The position numbers and the translations under genes are program-made. The notes under the pieces are model-generated. The model had not been told where the DNA came from. It did no database searches and saw nothing but the letters and a program-made list of their open reading frames with translations. From assembly GCA_038230375.1 (NCBI GenBank), contig JBBRNJ010000001.1:1-64000 (forward strand): 64,000 bases of DNA. The letters are read 5' to 3'. The DNA comes from Polyangiales bacterium. GTDB lineage: Bacteria > Myxococcota_A > Polyangia > Polyangiales > Polyangiaceae. Below are positions 14,235-24,356 of the stretch, in pieces. The first letter of the stretch is position 1. Each line of letters opens with the position of its first letter.

Positions 14235-14860
14235 CGGTGGCACCCGGAGCAGTGAGTGGGCGGATTGAGGTTGTCCGGAGGCGTCCAGCCGGCGGCCATG
14301 TCCGGAGTCCAGTTCATGTTTGTCACCTCGCCCTTGGGGCGAAGGTTTGCCTTGTAGTCACGGTGGCACTCGAGGCACCACCCCATGCTGATGGGCTGGT
14401 CGGCACGCACGATCTCCATCTGATCGATGCGGCCGTGGCAGGTCTTGCAGCCGACGCCAACACCGACGTGGATGCTGTGGTTGAAGTAGACGTGGTCCGC
14501 GAGCTTGTGGATCTGCACCCACTCGACAGGCTTGCCCGTCTCCCACGACTTGCGAACGGGCGCGAGCTTCGCGCTGTCCGTGCGGATCATCGAGTGACAG
14601 CCCATGCAGGTCTGCGTGGGCGGGATCATCGCCTTCGCGCTCTTCTCGACGTTGGTGTGGCAGTAGCGGCAGTCCATGCCCATCTGCCCGACGTGGAGGC
14701 GGTGCGAATACGGGACCGGCTGGGTCGGCGCGTAGCCGACCTGGAAGTTCTTCGGCGTGACGTAGTACCAGACGCCAAAGATGACGACAGGGCCCACCAG
14801 GGCGCCGATCACGCCAGCAATGACAGGAAGCTTGTTCAGCGATTTCGAAAAGAGCTGCAT
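14231..14860 (-). CDS. actA: Alternative complex III pentaheme cytochrome c ActA
   Basis: N-terminal TM helix, QPVPYSH and five CxxCH motifs (CRYCH, CMGCH, CKTCH, CLECH, CSGCH). Confidence 0.96.
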   Translation of the reverse strand: MQLFSKSLNKLPVIAGVIGALVGPVVIFGVWYYVTPKNFQVGYAPTQPVPYSHRLHVGQMGMDCRYCHTNVEKSAKAMIPPTQTCMGCHSMIRTDSAKLAPVRKSWETGKPVEWVQIHKLADHVYFNHSIHVGVGVGCKTCHGRIDQMEIVRADQPISMGWCLECHRDYKANLRPKGEVTNMNWTPDMAAGWTPPDNLNPPTHCSGCHR

Positions 14861-15168
14861 TTCACGACTTTCCGCTGTGGGACTTTCTCCGTGAACCAGG
14901 GAGGCTCCGCCGACCCCCACCGGGAACCGAGTGTCCGATAGGGCCGGTCACGCGAATCGTGGAGGTGGGCCAATGCTGCCGGCCCACGCGAAGTCGTCGA
15001 CCTTATAGAGCGATGGGCAAGCCCGGCACAACTGTTGTCATTTGGTTTTTTGGCCGAGCACGGTTGCGCTGGTCGGATCGCGTAAAAATTGCGCGGGATC
15101 ACGGCTCTAGCGCCGCTGCCGGGAGCCGTTGCTGGTGCTTGTGGCCGGGGCCGTGTCATTAACGAGCG

Positions 15169-17829
15169 GTGATCCAGCGAGCACGCACCAGCGCCGTCGA
15201 GGCGTCTCGTCCGGAGGGGCAGGCCTCGAAGACGAACGCGCGGGCGCAGATGGGGTCGTTCATAGGGCGCGGGGAGGAGCTCGCCCAGGTGCGCTCGCGG
15301 ATCGAGGGCGGAGCGCGCGTCGTGACCATCCTCGGACCAGGCGGTATGGGCAAGACCCGGCTTGCGGAGGCATGCCTGGACGAGCTCGCCGCACGCTACG
15401 AGGCGGCGGGCGGAGCGTGGTTCTGCGACCTCACGCAGGCGAAGGACGATCTGGGGCTGGTCTTCGCGGTGGCCTCGCTCTGGCGCGAGCGGACCCACAG
15501 CCTGCACCTTGCGGCGAACGACGTGGACGCGCAGCTACGCGCCGCGCTCGCGGAGCTGGGGCCCACGCTTCTCGTGCTGGACAACTTCGAGCAGATCGCG
15601 TCGTCGGCGCCGCTGGTGGCTGCATGGTGCCGCTCGGCGCCGGAGCTCACGGTGATCGTCACGTCGCGCGAGCGGCTCGGCGTTCCTGGCGAAGAGGTGC
15701 TGGAGCTTGGTCCGCTTGGCTGTCCAGAGGATGGCGAGAAGGCGGACACGGCGTGGGAGCGAGACGCCGTGCGGCTGTTCGTCACGCGCGCACGCGCAGC
15801 GGGTGGAGAGCCTGGGGACGATCCCGTTGCGATTGCGCGCGTAGTGCGCAGGCTGGACGGGATCCCCCTCGCGATCGAGCTCGCCGCCGCACGCACGCGC
15901 GTGATGAGCGCCTCGGATCTGGCGCGGGAGCTCGGGCTGCGTACCGACATCCTGTCGCAGCGAGCGAATGCAGCCGATGACCGACATGCAACGCTGTCCT
16001 CGGCGATCGACTGGTCGTGGAACCTGCTCTCCGAAGACGAGCAGCGCGCCCTCGTGTCGTGCGCGGTCTTCGCGGGCAGCTTTGGCCCGAAGGAGGGAGA
16101 GCGCGTGATCGGCGCTGCGGACAGCCTCTCCCTTCTGTCGGCGCTGCGCGACAAATCGCTCGTGCACGCGACCGAGGGGGGAAGGCTGGCGCTCTACGTG
16201 AGCATCCGCGAGTACGCGACGAAGAAGCTCGGCGCGATGCCCTCCGGCTTCGATGATGCGGTGAAGATGCGCCACGCGCTCGCCTACGCGGAGGCGGTGC
16301 GGCCGTTCAACGAGTCACGCATGTTCCAGGGCGCTGAGCCCGACAGCGGACTGCGCGTGAAGCTCACCCGCGATCGCGAGAACCTGCAGGCCGCCCTGGC
16401 GTGGTTGACAGAGCGGACATGGGGCGGTGACGACGGACAGAGCGCAAGCTGCGCGGCGGAGCTCGCCGTGGGGCTCTCGCTGCTGCAGGAGACGCGGGTG
16501 GAGCCGTGCATCAGCGTGCTCACACGTGCGCTCGCGTCGAACGTGTCGCGCGAGCTCTCCGTGCGGATCCTGTTCGCGCGCCAGTTCCTGTGGAACACGC
16601 TCGGTCGCTTCGAGGAGAACCAGAAGGACCTCGCCGCGCTGCTCGCGATGAAGGACATCCCGGCTGGCGTGCGTACGCTCGCGCTCGTGTATCAGGGCAT
16701 CCAGCTCCGCTATCAGGGCCGGGCGAAGGACGCGTGGGCCTGTCATGTGGAGGCGCAAGCCGCGCTCCTGACGCTGGACCTGCCCCGGCTCACGGCGATG
16801 AATATCGCGTGCATGGGCCGCCTCGAGTGCGACTTCGGCCACCAGACGGAGGGACGCGCGTACAACGAGCGGTCGCGCGCGCTGTGCGATCGCATCGGCG
16901 ACAGCTGGCTGTACTCGCTCTCGCTGGGCAACCTGGCGCAGCTCGAGCAAGAGCTGGGCAACATGGACCGCGCGACGGTGCTGCTCACGGAGGCCATGAC
17001 GCGCTTCCATGACGCGCACGAGCCACACTACGAGGCCGTGTATGCATGCGCGCTCGGTGATGTCGCATTCGAGTCCGGAAAGCCGGACCTCGCGCGGCGC
17101 CACTACGGCGAAGCGGAGGCCTTCTTCCGACATTTTCCGGCCAATCGTCAGACGGCGGTGCTGGCCGCAGCGTCCGCGGCGCTCGAGGCGATGTACGGCG
17201 ACCTGCCTTCGGCCGAGGGCTACCTGGAGCAGGCAAGGAAGAGCGCGCTGCACGGCGACACACCGTTCGTGCGTGTGATCGTCTTCGTGCACGATGCGGC
17301 AGTCGCGCTACGTCGTGCACGCGAAGCGGGGAATGCGGCGGCTGGAGAGGCAGCCGCGCGCGCGCTCATCGACGACCTCGAGAAAGACGAAGGCCCACGC
17401 AGCGAGCTCGTTCGGACATCGCTGGATGCGCGGTTCTCGCTTCGCATGCTGCGCGCGGCGCTCAGGGGCGCAAAGGAAGAGGCGCCCGCAAAGGACGGGG
17501 CCGACGCGCGCGCGCTCGTGGTCGCGGACAACGGCGAGTGGTTCGAGATCGGCGGCAAGCGACAAGACCTCACGCGACGTGGCTCCCTGAAGCGAATCCT
17601 GCGCGCGTTGCTCCAGGCGTCGACGGAAGAGCGCGAGCGCGCGCTCGACAAGGACGCACTGCTCGCGGCGGGTTGGCCAGGCGAAAGACTGCATCCGGAC
17701 GCCGCGAGCAAGCGCCTGCGCGTGGCCATCGCAACGCTTCGCTCATTCGGCCTACGCGACGTCCTGCGAACGCGAGACGACGGCTACGTCCTTGACCGCC
17801 GCGTGAAGATCACGACGGCAAGCCGTTGA
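15169..17829 (+). CDS. STAND-like ATPase with TPR repeats and a C-terminal winged-helix-like domain
   Basis: FIGR, Walker A GPGGMGKT, LVLDNFE, TSRERL and LDGIPLAIELAAAR motifs, TPR-like helices, C-terminal GWPGE...RLRVAIATLR...GYVL. Confidence 0.85.
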   Translation: MIQRARTSAVEASRPEGQASKTNARAQMGSFIGRGEELAQVRSRIEGGARVVTILGPGGMGKTRLAEACLDELAARYEAAGGAWFCDLTQAKDDLGLVFAVASLWRERTHSLHLAANDVDAQLRAALAELGPTLLVLDNFEQIASSAPLVAAWCRSAPELTVIVTSRERLGVPGEEVLELGPLGCPEDGEKADTAWERDAVRLFVTRARAAGGEPGDDPVAIARVVRRLDGIPLAIELAAARTRVMSASDLARELGLRTDILSQRANAADDRHATLSSAIDWSWNLLSEDEQRALVSCAVFAGSFGPKEGERVIGAADSLSLLSALRDKSLVHATEGGRLALYVSIREYATKKLGAMPSGFDDAVKMRHALAYAEAVRPFNESRMFQGAEPDSGLRVKLTRDRENLQAALAWLTERTWGGDDGQSASCAAELAVGLSLLQETRVEPCISVLTRALASNVSRELSVRILFARQFLWNTLGRFEENQKDLAALLAMKDIPAGVRTLALVYQGIQLRYQGRAKDAWACHVEAQAALLTLDLPRLTAMNIACMGRLECDFGHQTEGRAYNERSRALCDRIGDSWLYSLSLGNLAQLEQELGNMDRATVLLTEAMTRFHDAHEPHYEAVYACALGDVAFESGKPDLARRHYGEAEAFFRHFPANRQTAVLAAASAALEAMYGDLPSAEGYLEQARKSALHGDTPFVRVIVFVHDAAVALRRAREAGNAAAGEAAARALIDDLEKDEGPRSELVRTSLDARFSLRMLRAALRGAKEEAPAKDGADARALVVADNGEWFEIGGKRQDLTRRGSLKRILRALLQASTEERERALDKDALLAAGWPGERLHPDAASKRLRVAIATLRSFGLRDVLRTRDDGYVLDRRVKITTASR

Positions 17830-17835
17830 TCGCGA

Positions 17836-18504
17836 CTACTGGAGCTTGAAGCGGTCGAGGCGCACGCCGCCGTTGATGTTGATGTAGAGCGTGAGCGAGT
17901 CCTTCGCCGCGTCGTAGCGATCTTGCACGGTGGTGCTCGTGGGGCACTTCAAGTCCAACATGATCTGCCCCAGTGCAGCGCCCGGACTCACGTCCACGTT
18001 GTAGTAGACCGCGCCCATGCCGAAGTCCTGTACCGACGACCACCTGCTGCCGCAGATGTCCCAGACGATGCGCTCCTGCGCCTTCGGACAGCTGTTCGGA
18101 TCCCCGTAGAAATCCAGCTGGTCGAGCACGTACAGGCCATCCGCGATGGGGCCGCCCTTGGCGATCGGCGCGGGCGCCATGTGGCAGTTCGTCGTGATGG
18201 GGCTGCCGTGAAGCATCACGCCGTTGCACGTGAGGCCGCCATCTCCCGCAGTGGTTCCTGCTGGGGCCGGGCATGTTCCACCGGTGCTCGCGTCCGTGCT
18301 GCCATTACCGCCATCGCTGCCAGGCGTCGCGCCGTCGACATTGCCAGATGCGCTGCCGTCCGTGGAGACCGCGCCGTCACCACCCAAGCCACCAGCAGCA
18401 TCCGGGCCGCCCGAGGTGCCGAACAGATCCGTCGTGGTGCTACCTCCGCACGCGATTAGCGCAACAGCGACCGCGAACGCCGAAGGAAGAAATCCCCGCC
18501 TCAT
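17836..18504 (-). CDS. Putative lipoprotein
   Basis: MRRGFLP...LIAC lipobox, followed by a DAA/DGG linker and a Cys-containing domain. Confidence 0.75.
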   Translation of the reverse strand: MRRGFLPSAFAVAVALIACGGSTTTDLFGTSGGPDAAGGLGGDGAVSTDGSASGNVDGATPGSDGGNGSTDASTGGTCPAPAGTTAGDGGLTCNGVMLHGSPITTNCHMAPAPIAKGGPIADGLYVLDQLDFYGDPNSCPKAQERIVWDICGSRWSSVQDFGMGAVYYNVDVSPGAALGQIMLDLKCPTSTTVQDRYDAAKDSLTLYININGGVRLDRFKLQ

Positions 18505-18583
18505 GGGGACCACGCTAGCAGGACCTCGGCGTGGCGCCAGGCTCCGTGCGGTACGGCTCACCGCGCCGGAAGTGCGCCGCAGC

Positions 18584-19033
18584 TCACGGGGCCTGCTGGA
18601 GCAGCCGCTTCTCCTCGTCACGGTGGGTCGGACAATCGCGAGCGAGAAGCGTGTAAGCTACACCTTCTGTGCGCGTGCGAGCGACCACGGCGGTCTTGGT
18701 CGCAAGCATCGCTCCACCCGCAGCCTCCGGATCACGCTGACCGAGCTGGGCGCGCACGGCGACGAGCATCCCTGCGTGGAACTCGAAGCGAGCGGACTCC
18801 ACCGTGCCCTCCCCCGCCCGCGTGGGATTCCAGTCGAGGACGAGCTCGTCCCCGGGCGATGTGATCTTGAATGCGCCGAGCGGCGCGAGATCGAACCGGT
18901 CGCGGACGTCGCGGGGGGCCATACCGAGCTTCGTGCCGTGGAACGACGTGCCGCCCTCGTTCGTGCCGCAGGCAGCGAGCAGGAGCGCGAGCGCGAGCGC
19001 GACGAACGCGGGGTGAAGCGAGGAGCGGACCAC
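18584..19033 (-). CDS. Putative lipoprotein
   Basis: Hydrophobic signal ending in LLAAC. Fills the gap between neighbouring genes. Confidence 0.65.
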   Translation of the reverse strand: MVRSSLHPAFVALALALLLAACGTNEGGTSFHGTKLGMAPRDVRDRFDLAPLGAFKITSPGDELVLDWNPTRAGEGTVESARFEFHAGMLVAVRAQLGQRDPEAAGGAMLATKTAVVARTRTEGVAYTLLARDCPTHRDEEKRLLQQAP

Positions 19034-19132
19034 AACGTGCCGTTAGTTCCCGCGAAGCGGAAGGTCAAGGTCGAGGCTCACACGACTCTCCAACGTGCGG
19101 CCGAGGCGCGCTTCACGTGGTATTCTCGAGGC

Positions 19133-19888
19133 GTGCGTCGCGGAATCTGCCTCATCCCGCTCTTGATCGTCGCGGCCTGCAGCGCCTTCTCGGGCTCTGA
19201 TACTTCCTCCCCTTCGGGCAGCGGAGGCCCTGACGCGGGCAGCCGTCCGGACGGCGAGGTCGGACAGACAGAAGACGGCGGCGTCATCCTCCAGGAACTC
19301 GATGGTGGTGGTGGTGTACCCTCCGCGGACGCTAGCCCTGGCGATTCGGGCGGTGGGGGAGTCCCGATCGACTGCACGGCGCATGCGGACGCGTTGTTCT
19401 GCAATGACTTCGACGGGAGGGACGCGGAGTCGCCCTACACGACGTCGCCCTCCGGCCTGGATGCGAGCGTTTCCACCGTCCACTCCGTGAGCCCCGTGGG
19501 CTCGATGCTGGTCGACTCGGTCGGCTACGCCACGTTCGTGGGGAACCCTGGCGCGCAGCCGTGGACCGTCTCGTTCGACGTCTGGCTGGACGCGTCCGTG
19601 GCCCCGAACCTGACCTTCGCGAACATCTCACGGGCCCCCGGGGTCATCACGTTCACCACCACGGCCGGTGGATTCAAGGTCAACAGCACGTTGTTCACGG
19701 CGCCGAGCGGGTGGAGCCACATCCTGTTGCAAGCGCCGACCGCCTCCGCTTCGGTCGAGGTGACGGTGAACGGAAAGTCGCAGCCGGTGGGATTCACCGC
19801 CTCGGCGGCCGACTTGAACGTGAAGCTCGGTTGCACGGGCGCGCTCAGCCCCATCTGGTTCGACGACGTCCTCGCGACGTCGCCGTGA
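19133..19888 (+). CDS. Putative lipoprotein with a beta-sandwich-like domain
   Basis: GTG start 6 nt after TATTCT, IVAAC lipobox, DAG/DGG linker, then LFCNDFD...WSHI...WFDDV. Confidence 0.7.
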   Translation: MRRGICLIPLLIVAACSAFSGSDTSSPSGSGGPDAGSRPDGEVGQTEDGGVILQELDGGGGVPSADASPGDSGGGGVPIDCTAHADALFCNDFDGRDAESPYTTSPSGLDASVSTVHSVSPVGSMLVDSVGYATFVGNPGAQPWTVSFDVWLDASVAPNLTFANISRAPGVITFTTTAGGFKVNSTLFTAPSGWSHILLQAPTASASVEVTVNGKSQPVGFTASAADLNVKLGCTGALSPIWFDDVLATSP

Positions 19889-19927
19889 GCACACGGCGAT
19901 TCGCCGCGGCGCCACAACGCAGGCTCC

Positions 19928-21454
19928 TCATTCGATGCACGTCAGGCCGCTGGAGTCCTTCGCGAGCCGGAACTCCGGCGCGGGGCAAGAGGCCTTGCAG
20001 ATGGTGCCCGTACAAGCGGCATCCAGAGACCGCGCGATGGTGTACGAGCAGCCTCCGATGCCGCACTGGAACGCTACCCGGCCGTCGGGCGTCGCTCCCT
20101 TGGTCACTGGAGCTCCTCGCACGCACGAGCCGGTGAGGTTCACGTAGCCGGTTGGGCAGCTGTCCTTCGCGGCGGGGCACACGTCGGCGTGCCGCGGGCT
20201 TCCGTCGGGGCAGGCCTTCGTGCAATTGCCCGTGATGCTGTCGGGCACGAGCGCGGCGATGCAGGTGACCTCGCCGCGCCTTCTCTTGGGGCGCACCGCC
20301 GCCTCGAACGAGAGCGGCTCCGCGTCGAGAACGAGCGCCTCGTCGAGGTGCGCCTTCAGGGTCTCTTCGTGGATCCAGGCGTAGCCGCCGTCGCCCCAGT
20401 TCGGGCCCCAGCTGTTGTGCAGGAGGAAGTACGCGCCGCCCTTCACCGATGCATAGCCGGCGACAACCATCGCGTGTCCCGAATCCTTCGCCGCATCCAT
20501 GTAGTGCGGGATGTACCGCGCGTTTGTCTTCCCGACGGGCGCGAAGGAGTCAGGTATGTCGATCGTGACCACGATGTCCTGCCCGGACGCGAGGCGCTGT
20601 TCGAGCGCGCCGGTGTCCGTTTTTTCCAGGCGCTGCGCGCGCGTGAACAGCGCGACGGGCCTCTTTGCGACCAGCGCGACCTTCTTGGGGTCCGGTATCA
20701 GGCCGCACGTCCCGGGTGTCGTCGATTCTTTGCAGGGCATCATGAGCACCGCGGCCTTCGCGTCGAAGGGCCAGTCCTCCTCGGAGGCGATCGGTTGCTC
20801 CAGGTTCTCGCTCACCGTCTTCGCCTCGTAAGGCGTCCGGTAGCGCGACCAGATCTGCATGGCGCTGACGTGCGCCGCCTTGCCGAGCCAGCGCGCGACC
20901 GCGTGATCGATCGCGGCTGCAGCGGCCAGCGCCGTGCACGACGGAGCCGTGGTCTGGTTGCGAACGGCGCCCTCGGTACCATCCAGCCGATGGTCAACGA
21001 CGGACGGCAGGCCTGCCTGGGAACCGGGGAGCACAGTCTCCGACACGAGCGCGACCGCGCCCTGGTCGGCGATGCCAAGGAGGTGCGCGGCAGCTCCGCA
21101 CCCGGTCGCCGAGAGCTCCGTTCCGTTCCACGTGCCCTTGCAGCTACCGAAGAACGTGACGCTCTCGTGGGGAGGCTTGGTGACGGGCGCGACATGCGCG
21201 GAGAGGGCGGGCAGATCGGGCAGCGCTGGCGCCGAGGGATGGGGTGAGCGAAGAGGCGGAGGTGCCTTCGCAACGTTGGTGACGACGCTCCCCTGAGCCG
21301 CAGGCCCCGCATCCACGTCGTTGGTGCCGTTACGGCGCGGATTGCAGCCTGGGGCAGCGAAGACGAGCAGGGGCGCGAGCGCGGACGCGAGAACGGCGGC
21401 CCACGCGCGAATGCGGCGCCCCCCGATGAGCGCGCCGCTGCTCGGAATAGTCAT
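19928..21454 (-). CDS. Papain-like (C1 family) cysteine peptidase with a Cys-rich C-terminus
   Basis: VRNQ...SCTA (oxyanion Gln and catalytic Cys), GHAMVVAGY and HNSWGPNWGDGGYAW motifs. Confidence 0.88.
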   Translation of the reverse strand: MTIPSSGALIGGRRIRAWAAVLASALAPLLVFAAPGCNPRRNGTNDVDAGPAAQGSVVTNVAKAPPPLRSPHPSAPALPDLPALSAHVAPVTKPPHESVTFFGSCKGTWNGTELSATGCGAAAHLLGIADQGAVALVSETVLPGSQAGLPSVVDHRLDGTEGAVRNQTTAPSCTALAAAAAIDHAVARWLGKAAHVSAMQIWSRYRTPYEAKTVSENLEQPIASEEDWPFDAKAAVLMMPCKESTTPGTCGLIPDPKKVALVAKRPVALFTRAQRLEKTDTGALEQRLASGQDIVVTIDIPDSFAPVGKTNARYIPHYMDAAKDSGHAMVVAGYASVKGGAYFLLHNSWGPNWGDGGYAWIHEETLKAHLDEALVLDAEPLSFEAAVRPKRRRGEVTCIAALVPDSITGNCTKACPDGSPRHADVCPAAKDSCPTGYVNLTGSCVRGAPVTKGATPDGRVAFQCGIGGCSYTIARSLDAACTGTICKASCPAPEFRLAKDSSGLTCIE

Positions 21455-21484
21455 GACCTCACGATGTTACTAGAATCGGTGGCC

Positions 21485-22633
21485 ATGATCCTACGCAAGG
21501 TGACCCTGCCCATTCTCGCGTGCGCGGTCCTCATCCAGGTCGCATCATCCTGCACGCCGAACGCCCCCACGCCCAGCGCAGACACACCTCCGCCCGTGCA
21601 GGCAACCGTGACGGGTGCAGGCTCTGCCGGCGCGCCGCCGATCGCGCCGCTGTCAGATGGCGCTCGCACCGAGGACGAGCGCAATACCATCGCCGTGTTC
21701 CGCGCGTCGTCGCCATCCACGGTGTACGTGACGCAGACGCGCGTCATCGTCGACAACGTCGGCGGCACGATGGAGGAGGTGCCCGCGGGCTCAGGCTCCG
21801 GCTTCATCTGGGACGCGCAGGGGCACGTGGTCACGAACTATCACGTCGTCGAGAAGGCCCAGAGCGTGCTGGTCACCTTCCAGGATCAGAAGACGTATCC
21901 CGCGCGGGTCGTGGGCGTGGAGCCGCGGAAGGACATCGCCGTGCTGAAGGTCGAAGCGCCGGAGAGCGTGCTCGTCCCCACACGCATTCCGAAGCATGTC
22001 GATCTGGAGGTGGGACAGAAGACGATCGCGATCGGCAATCCGTTCGGGCTCGATCACACGCTCACGACGGGTGTGATCAGCGCGCTCGGCCGGCAAGTGC
22101 AGGGCATCGGCAACGTGACCATCCGGGACATGATCCAGACCGACGCGGCGATCAACCCGGGCAACTCGGGTGGGCCGCTGCTGGACTCGTCAGGGCAGCT
22201 CATTGGCATGAACACGATGATCTACTCGCGCACGGGCAGCTCGGCGGGCATCGGGTTCGCAGTGCCGGTCACCACAGTCGCGCGCGTGGTGCCGCAGATC
22301 ATCAAGAACGGCAAGGCGGACCAGCTGGGCATCGGGGTGAACGTGGACCCGTTGCAGCAGATAGAGCGGCGCTTCGGCATCCATGGTGTGGTCGTGCGCG
22401 CGATCATTCCGGGAAGCCCGGCGGAGAGATCGGGGCTCCGCGGCATCCAGCGCACGCCGCAAGGGTTCGTGCTCGGGGACGTGATCGTCGCCATCGACGA
22501 CCACCCCGTGGACAACTTCGATGATCTCTACAGCGCCGTGGATGCCCACAAACCGGGCGACAAGGTCGACGTGAAGCTGCGCCGCGGCGAGCAGATCGTG
22601 ACGTCGAAGGTGGAGGTCATCGTGCTCCCCTGA
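21485..22633 (+). CDS. HtrA/DegP-family serine protease with a PDZ domain
   Basis: GSGSGF, TNYHVV, DIAVLK and IQTDAAINPGNSGGPL motifs, one C-terminal PDZ domain. Confidence 0.95.
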   Translation: MILRKVTLPILACAVLIQVASSCTPNAPTPSADTPPPVQATVTGAGSAGAPPIAPLSDGARTEDERNTIAVFRASSPSTVYVTQTRVIVDNVGGTMEEVPAGSGSGFIWDAQGHVVTNYHVVEKAQSVLVTFQDQKTYPARVVGVEPRKDIAVLKVEAPESVLVPTRIPKHVDLEVGQKTIAIGNPFGLDHTLTTGVISALGRQVQGIGNVTIRDMIQTDAAINPGNSGGPLLDSSGQLIGMNTMIYSRTGSSAGIGFAVPVTTVARVVPQIIKNGKADQLGIGVNVDPLQQIERRFGIHGVVVRAIIPGSPAERSGLRGIQRTPQGFVLGDVIVAIDDHPVDNFDDLYSAVDAHKPGDKVDVKLRRGEQIVTSKVEVIVLP

Positions 22634-22737
22634 GTCGCGCCCGATCCAGTGGGGAGCGCAGTTCTCGCCACCCACATCGACGCCCCAAAGAAAGTCGGAT
22701 CGCCACCACCCAGCGCACGTTGGGATATACTTCGAGG

Positions 22738-23313
22738 ATGCGCGTACCCCGGGTGCTCTTGATCGCATGCCCGCTCCTCCTCGGAGCGTGCGGCATGATC
22801 GCGGGCATCGATGGCTACAGCGAGAACGACAACCTGAACACGGCTGACGGCAGCAAGTTCGACAGCAATTCGTTCGTCGAGCAGGACGGGACGATGGGCG
22901 CGACGAACGACGCCCCCAATCAGATGCTCGACGCCACGCCAATGGAGCCGGACACCTCCTTCGACGCGTACGTCCCACCGCCTGATGCGCTGGCAGATGG
23001 TTGCCCCGGATCGGGCCAGAACAACCAGAACTGCACGACGGTCGACACATGCTGCTCCTCGCACTGCAGCGAAAAACGAAAGTGCGCCGCCAGCTGCAAG
23101 GCGTTCGGCAACAACTGCGGGAAAGGCGAGTGCTGCATGGGGTTCTACTGCCCCCCGAATGGCGGCGGCCAAACCTGCGCGCAGTGCCTGCCCAAGGACG
23201 CCAGGGTGCCGGTCGACTACGACACCCTCAACTTCTACAACGAGGCGTGCTGCTCCGGCAACTCGACGCCGATGTTTGAACAGGGCAAGGGTCCGTACGC
23301 GATCTGCAAGTGA
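22738..23313 (+). CDS. Cys-rich putative lipoprotein
   Basis: LLGAC lipobox, acidic linker, repeated C-x5-CC-x3-C knottin-like units. Confidence 0.75.
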   Translation: MRVPRVLLIACPLLLGACGMIAGIDGYSENDNLNTADGSKFDSNSFVEQDGTMGATNDAPNQMLDATPMEPDTSFDAYVPPPDALADGCPGSGQNNQNCTTVDTCCSSHCSEKRKCAASCKAFGNNCGKGECCMGFYCPPNGGGQTCAQCLPKDARVPVDYDTLNFYNEACCSGNSTPMFEQGKGPYAICK

Positions 23314-23349
23314 CGGAACCGCGCGACCGACGACTTCTTGGCGCGCGTC

Positions 23350-24264
23350 TCAGGCGTCGATCATGAGGGCTGCGAAGAGCCCCACCAGATAGATCATCGA
23401 GATGAAGAACAGCGTGCGTGCCCAGGCTCGCGTTGGCTTGCCGCGGAGGCCGAGGAGCCCGTAGCCCAGGAACAGCGCGCCCACGAGCAACGCGACCACG
23501 AGGTATGCGCGGTGCGCGACGCCGAGCGGATAGAGGAGCAGCGACGTGCCGATCAGCGCGAGCGTGTACCGCACGATGGAGTGACGAACGACCTCTTCGC
23601 CCGTCACGTTCGGCATCACGATGAGGCCGGCGCGCGCGTACTCCCCCTTGCGAAAGAGCGTGATGGCCAGGAAGTGCGGTATCTGCCAGAGGAAGAGCAC
23701 GCTGAACAGGACCAGGCCCGCCGCGCCGATACGCCCGGTGCCGGCCGTCCACCCGAGGAGCGGCGGAATGGCGCCGGGGACCGCGCCTACGAGGAGCGCA
23801 TGATGCGAGCGCTGCTTCAGCGGCGTGTATGCGAGCACGTAGCTCACGTTCGCAAGCACGGCGAGCAGCGCAGTGAGCGCGTTCACGCCGATGGCCAGGA
23901 TGGGCACCGACACGCACGACGTGATCACGCCGAACCAGAGCGCGGCACGGGCAGGCATGCGCCCCGCGGGGAGCGGGCGGTTCTTCGTGCGCGCCATGTG
24001 GCGGTCGATGTCGCGCTCCATGTACATGTTGAGCGCGTTCGCGCCGGACACGATGAGCACCGTGCCGAGCAGCGTGCAGATCACCGTGAGGAGCGACACG
24101 GGCGCTCCACCGGTGTTCGCCGCGACCCGATGCGCAAGCCAGAGCCCACCGGCCGTGGTCACGATCACCATGAAGGTGATGCGCGGCTTGGCGAGCGCGA
24201 TGAAGTCGGCCACGCGGACCTGCTTCTTCGACTGCGGGAGGGTTTCGGTGAGCGGCTGGGTCAT
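23350..24264 (-). CDS. ctaB: Heme o synthase (protoheme IX farnesyltransferase)
   Basis: KPRI, NMYMERDIDRHMARTKNRPLP, YTPLK and WQIPHF motifs. Confidence 0.96.
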   Translation of the reverse strand: MTQPLTETLPQSKKQVRVADFIALAKPRITFMVIVTTAGGLWLAHRVAANTGGAPVSLLTVICTLLGTVLIVSGANALNMYMERDIDRHMARTKNRPLPAGRMPARAALWFGVITSCVSVPILAIGVNALTALLAVLANVSYVLAYTPLKQRSHHALLVGAVPGAIPPLLGWTAGTGRIGAAGLVLFSVLFLWQIPHFLAITLFRKGEYARAGLIVMPNVTGEEVVRHSIVRYTLALIGTSLLLYPLGVAHRAYLVVALLVGALFLGYGLLGLRGKPTRAWARTLFFISMIYLVGLFAALMIDA

Positions 24265-24356
24265 TTTCGGAGAGTTGGCGGTTCTTTAGGGAGGATCGAA
24301 GCTGCCCGTCAAGTCCCGCTGGCCTTTTGCGCGGTTTCCCCGTCTAAATCTCACCC

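Noticed and set aside
15020..15070. Sigma-54 promoter-like GGCAC-N5-TTGT and possible FNR box upstream of actA
   Set aside because: The -12 GC is not conserved, and no TTGAT-N4-ATCAA was found.
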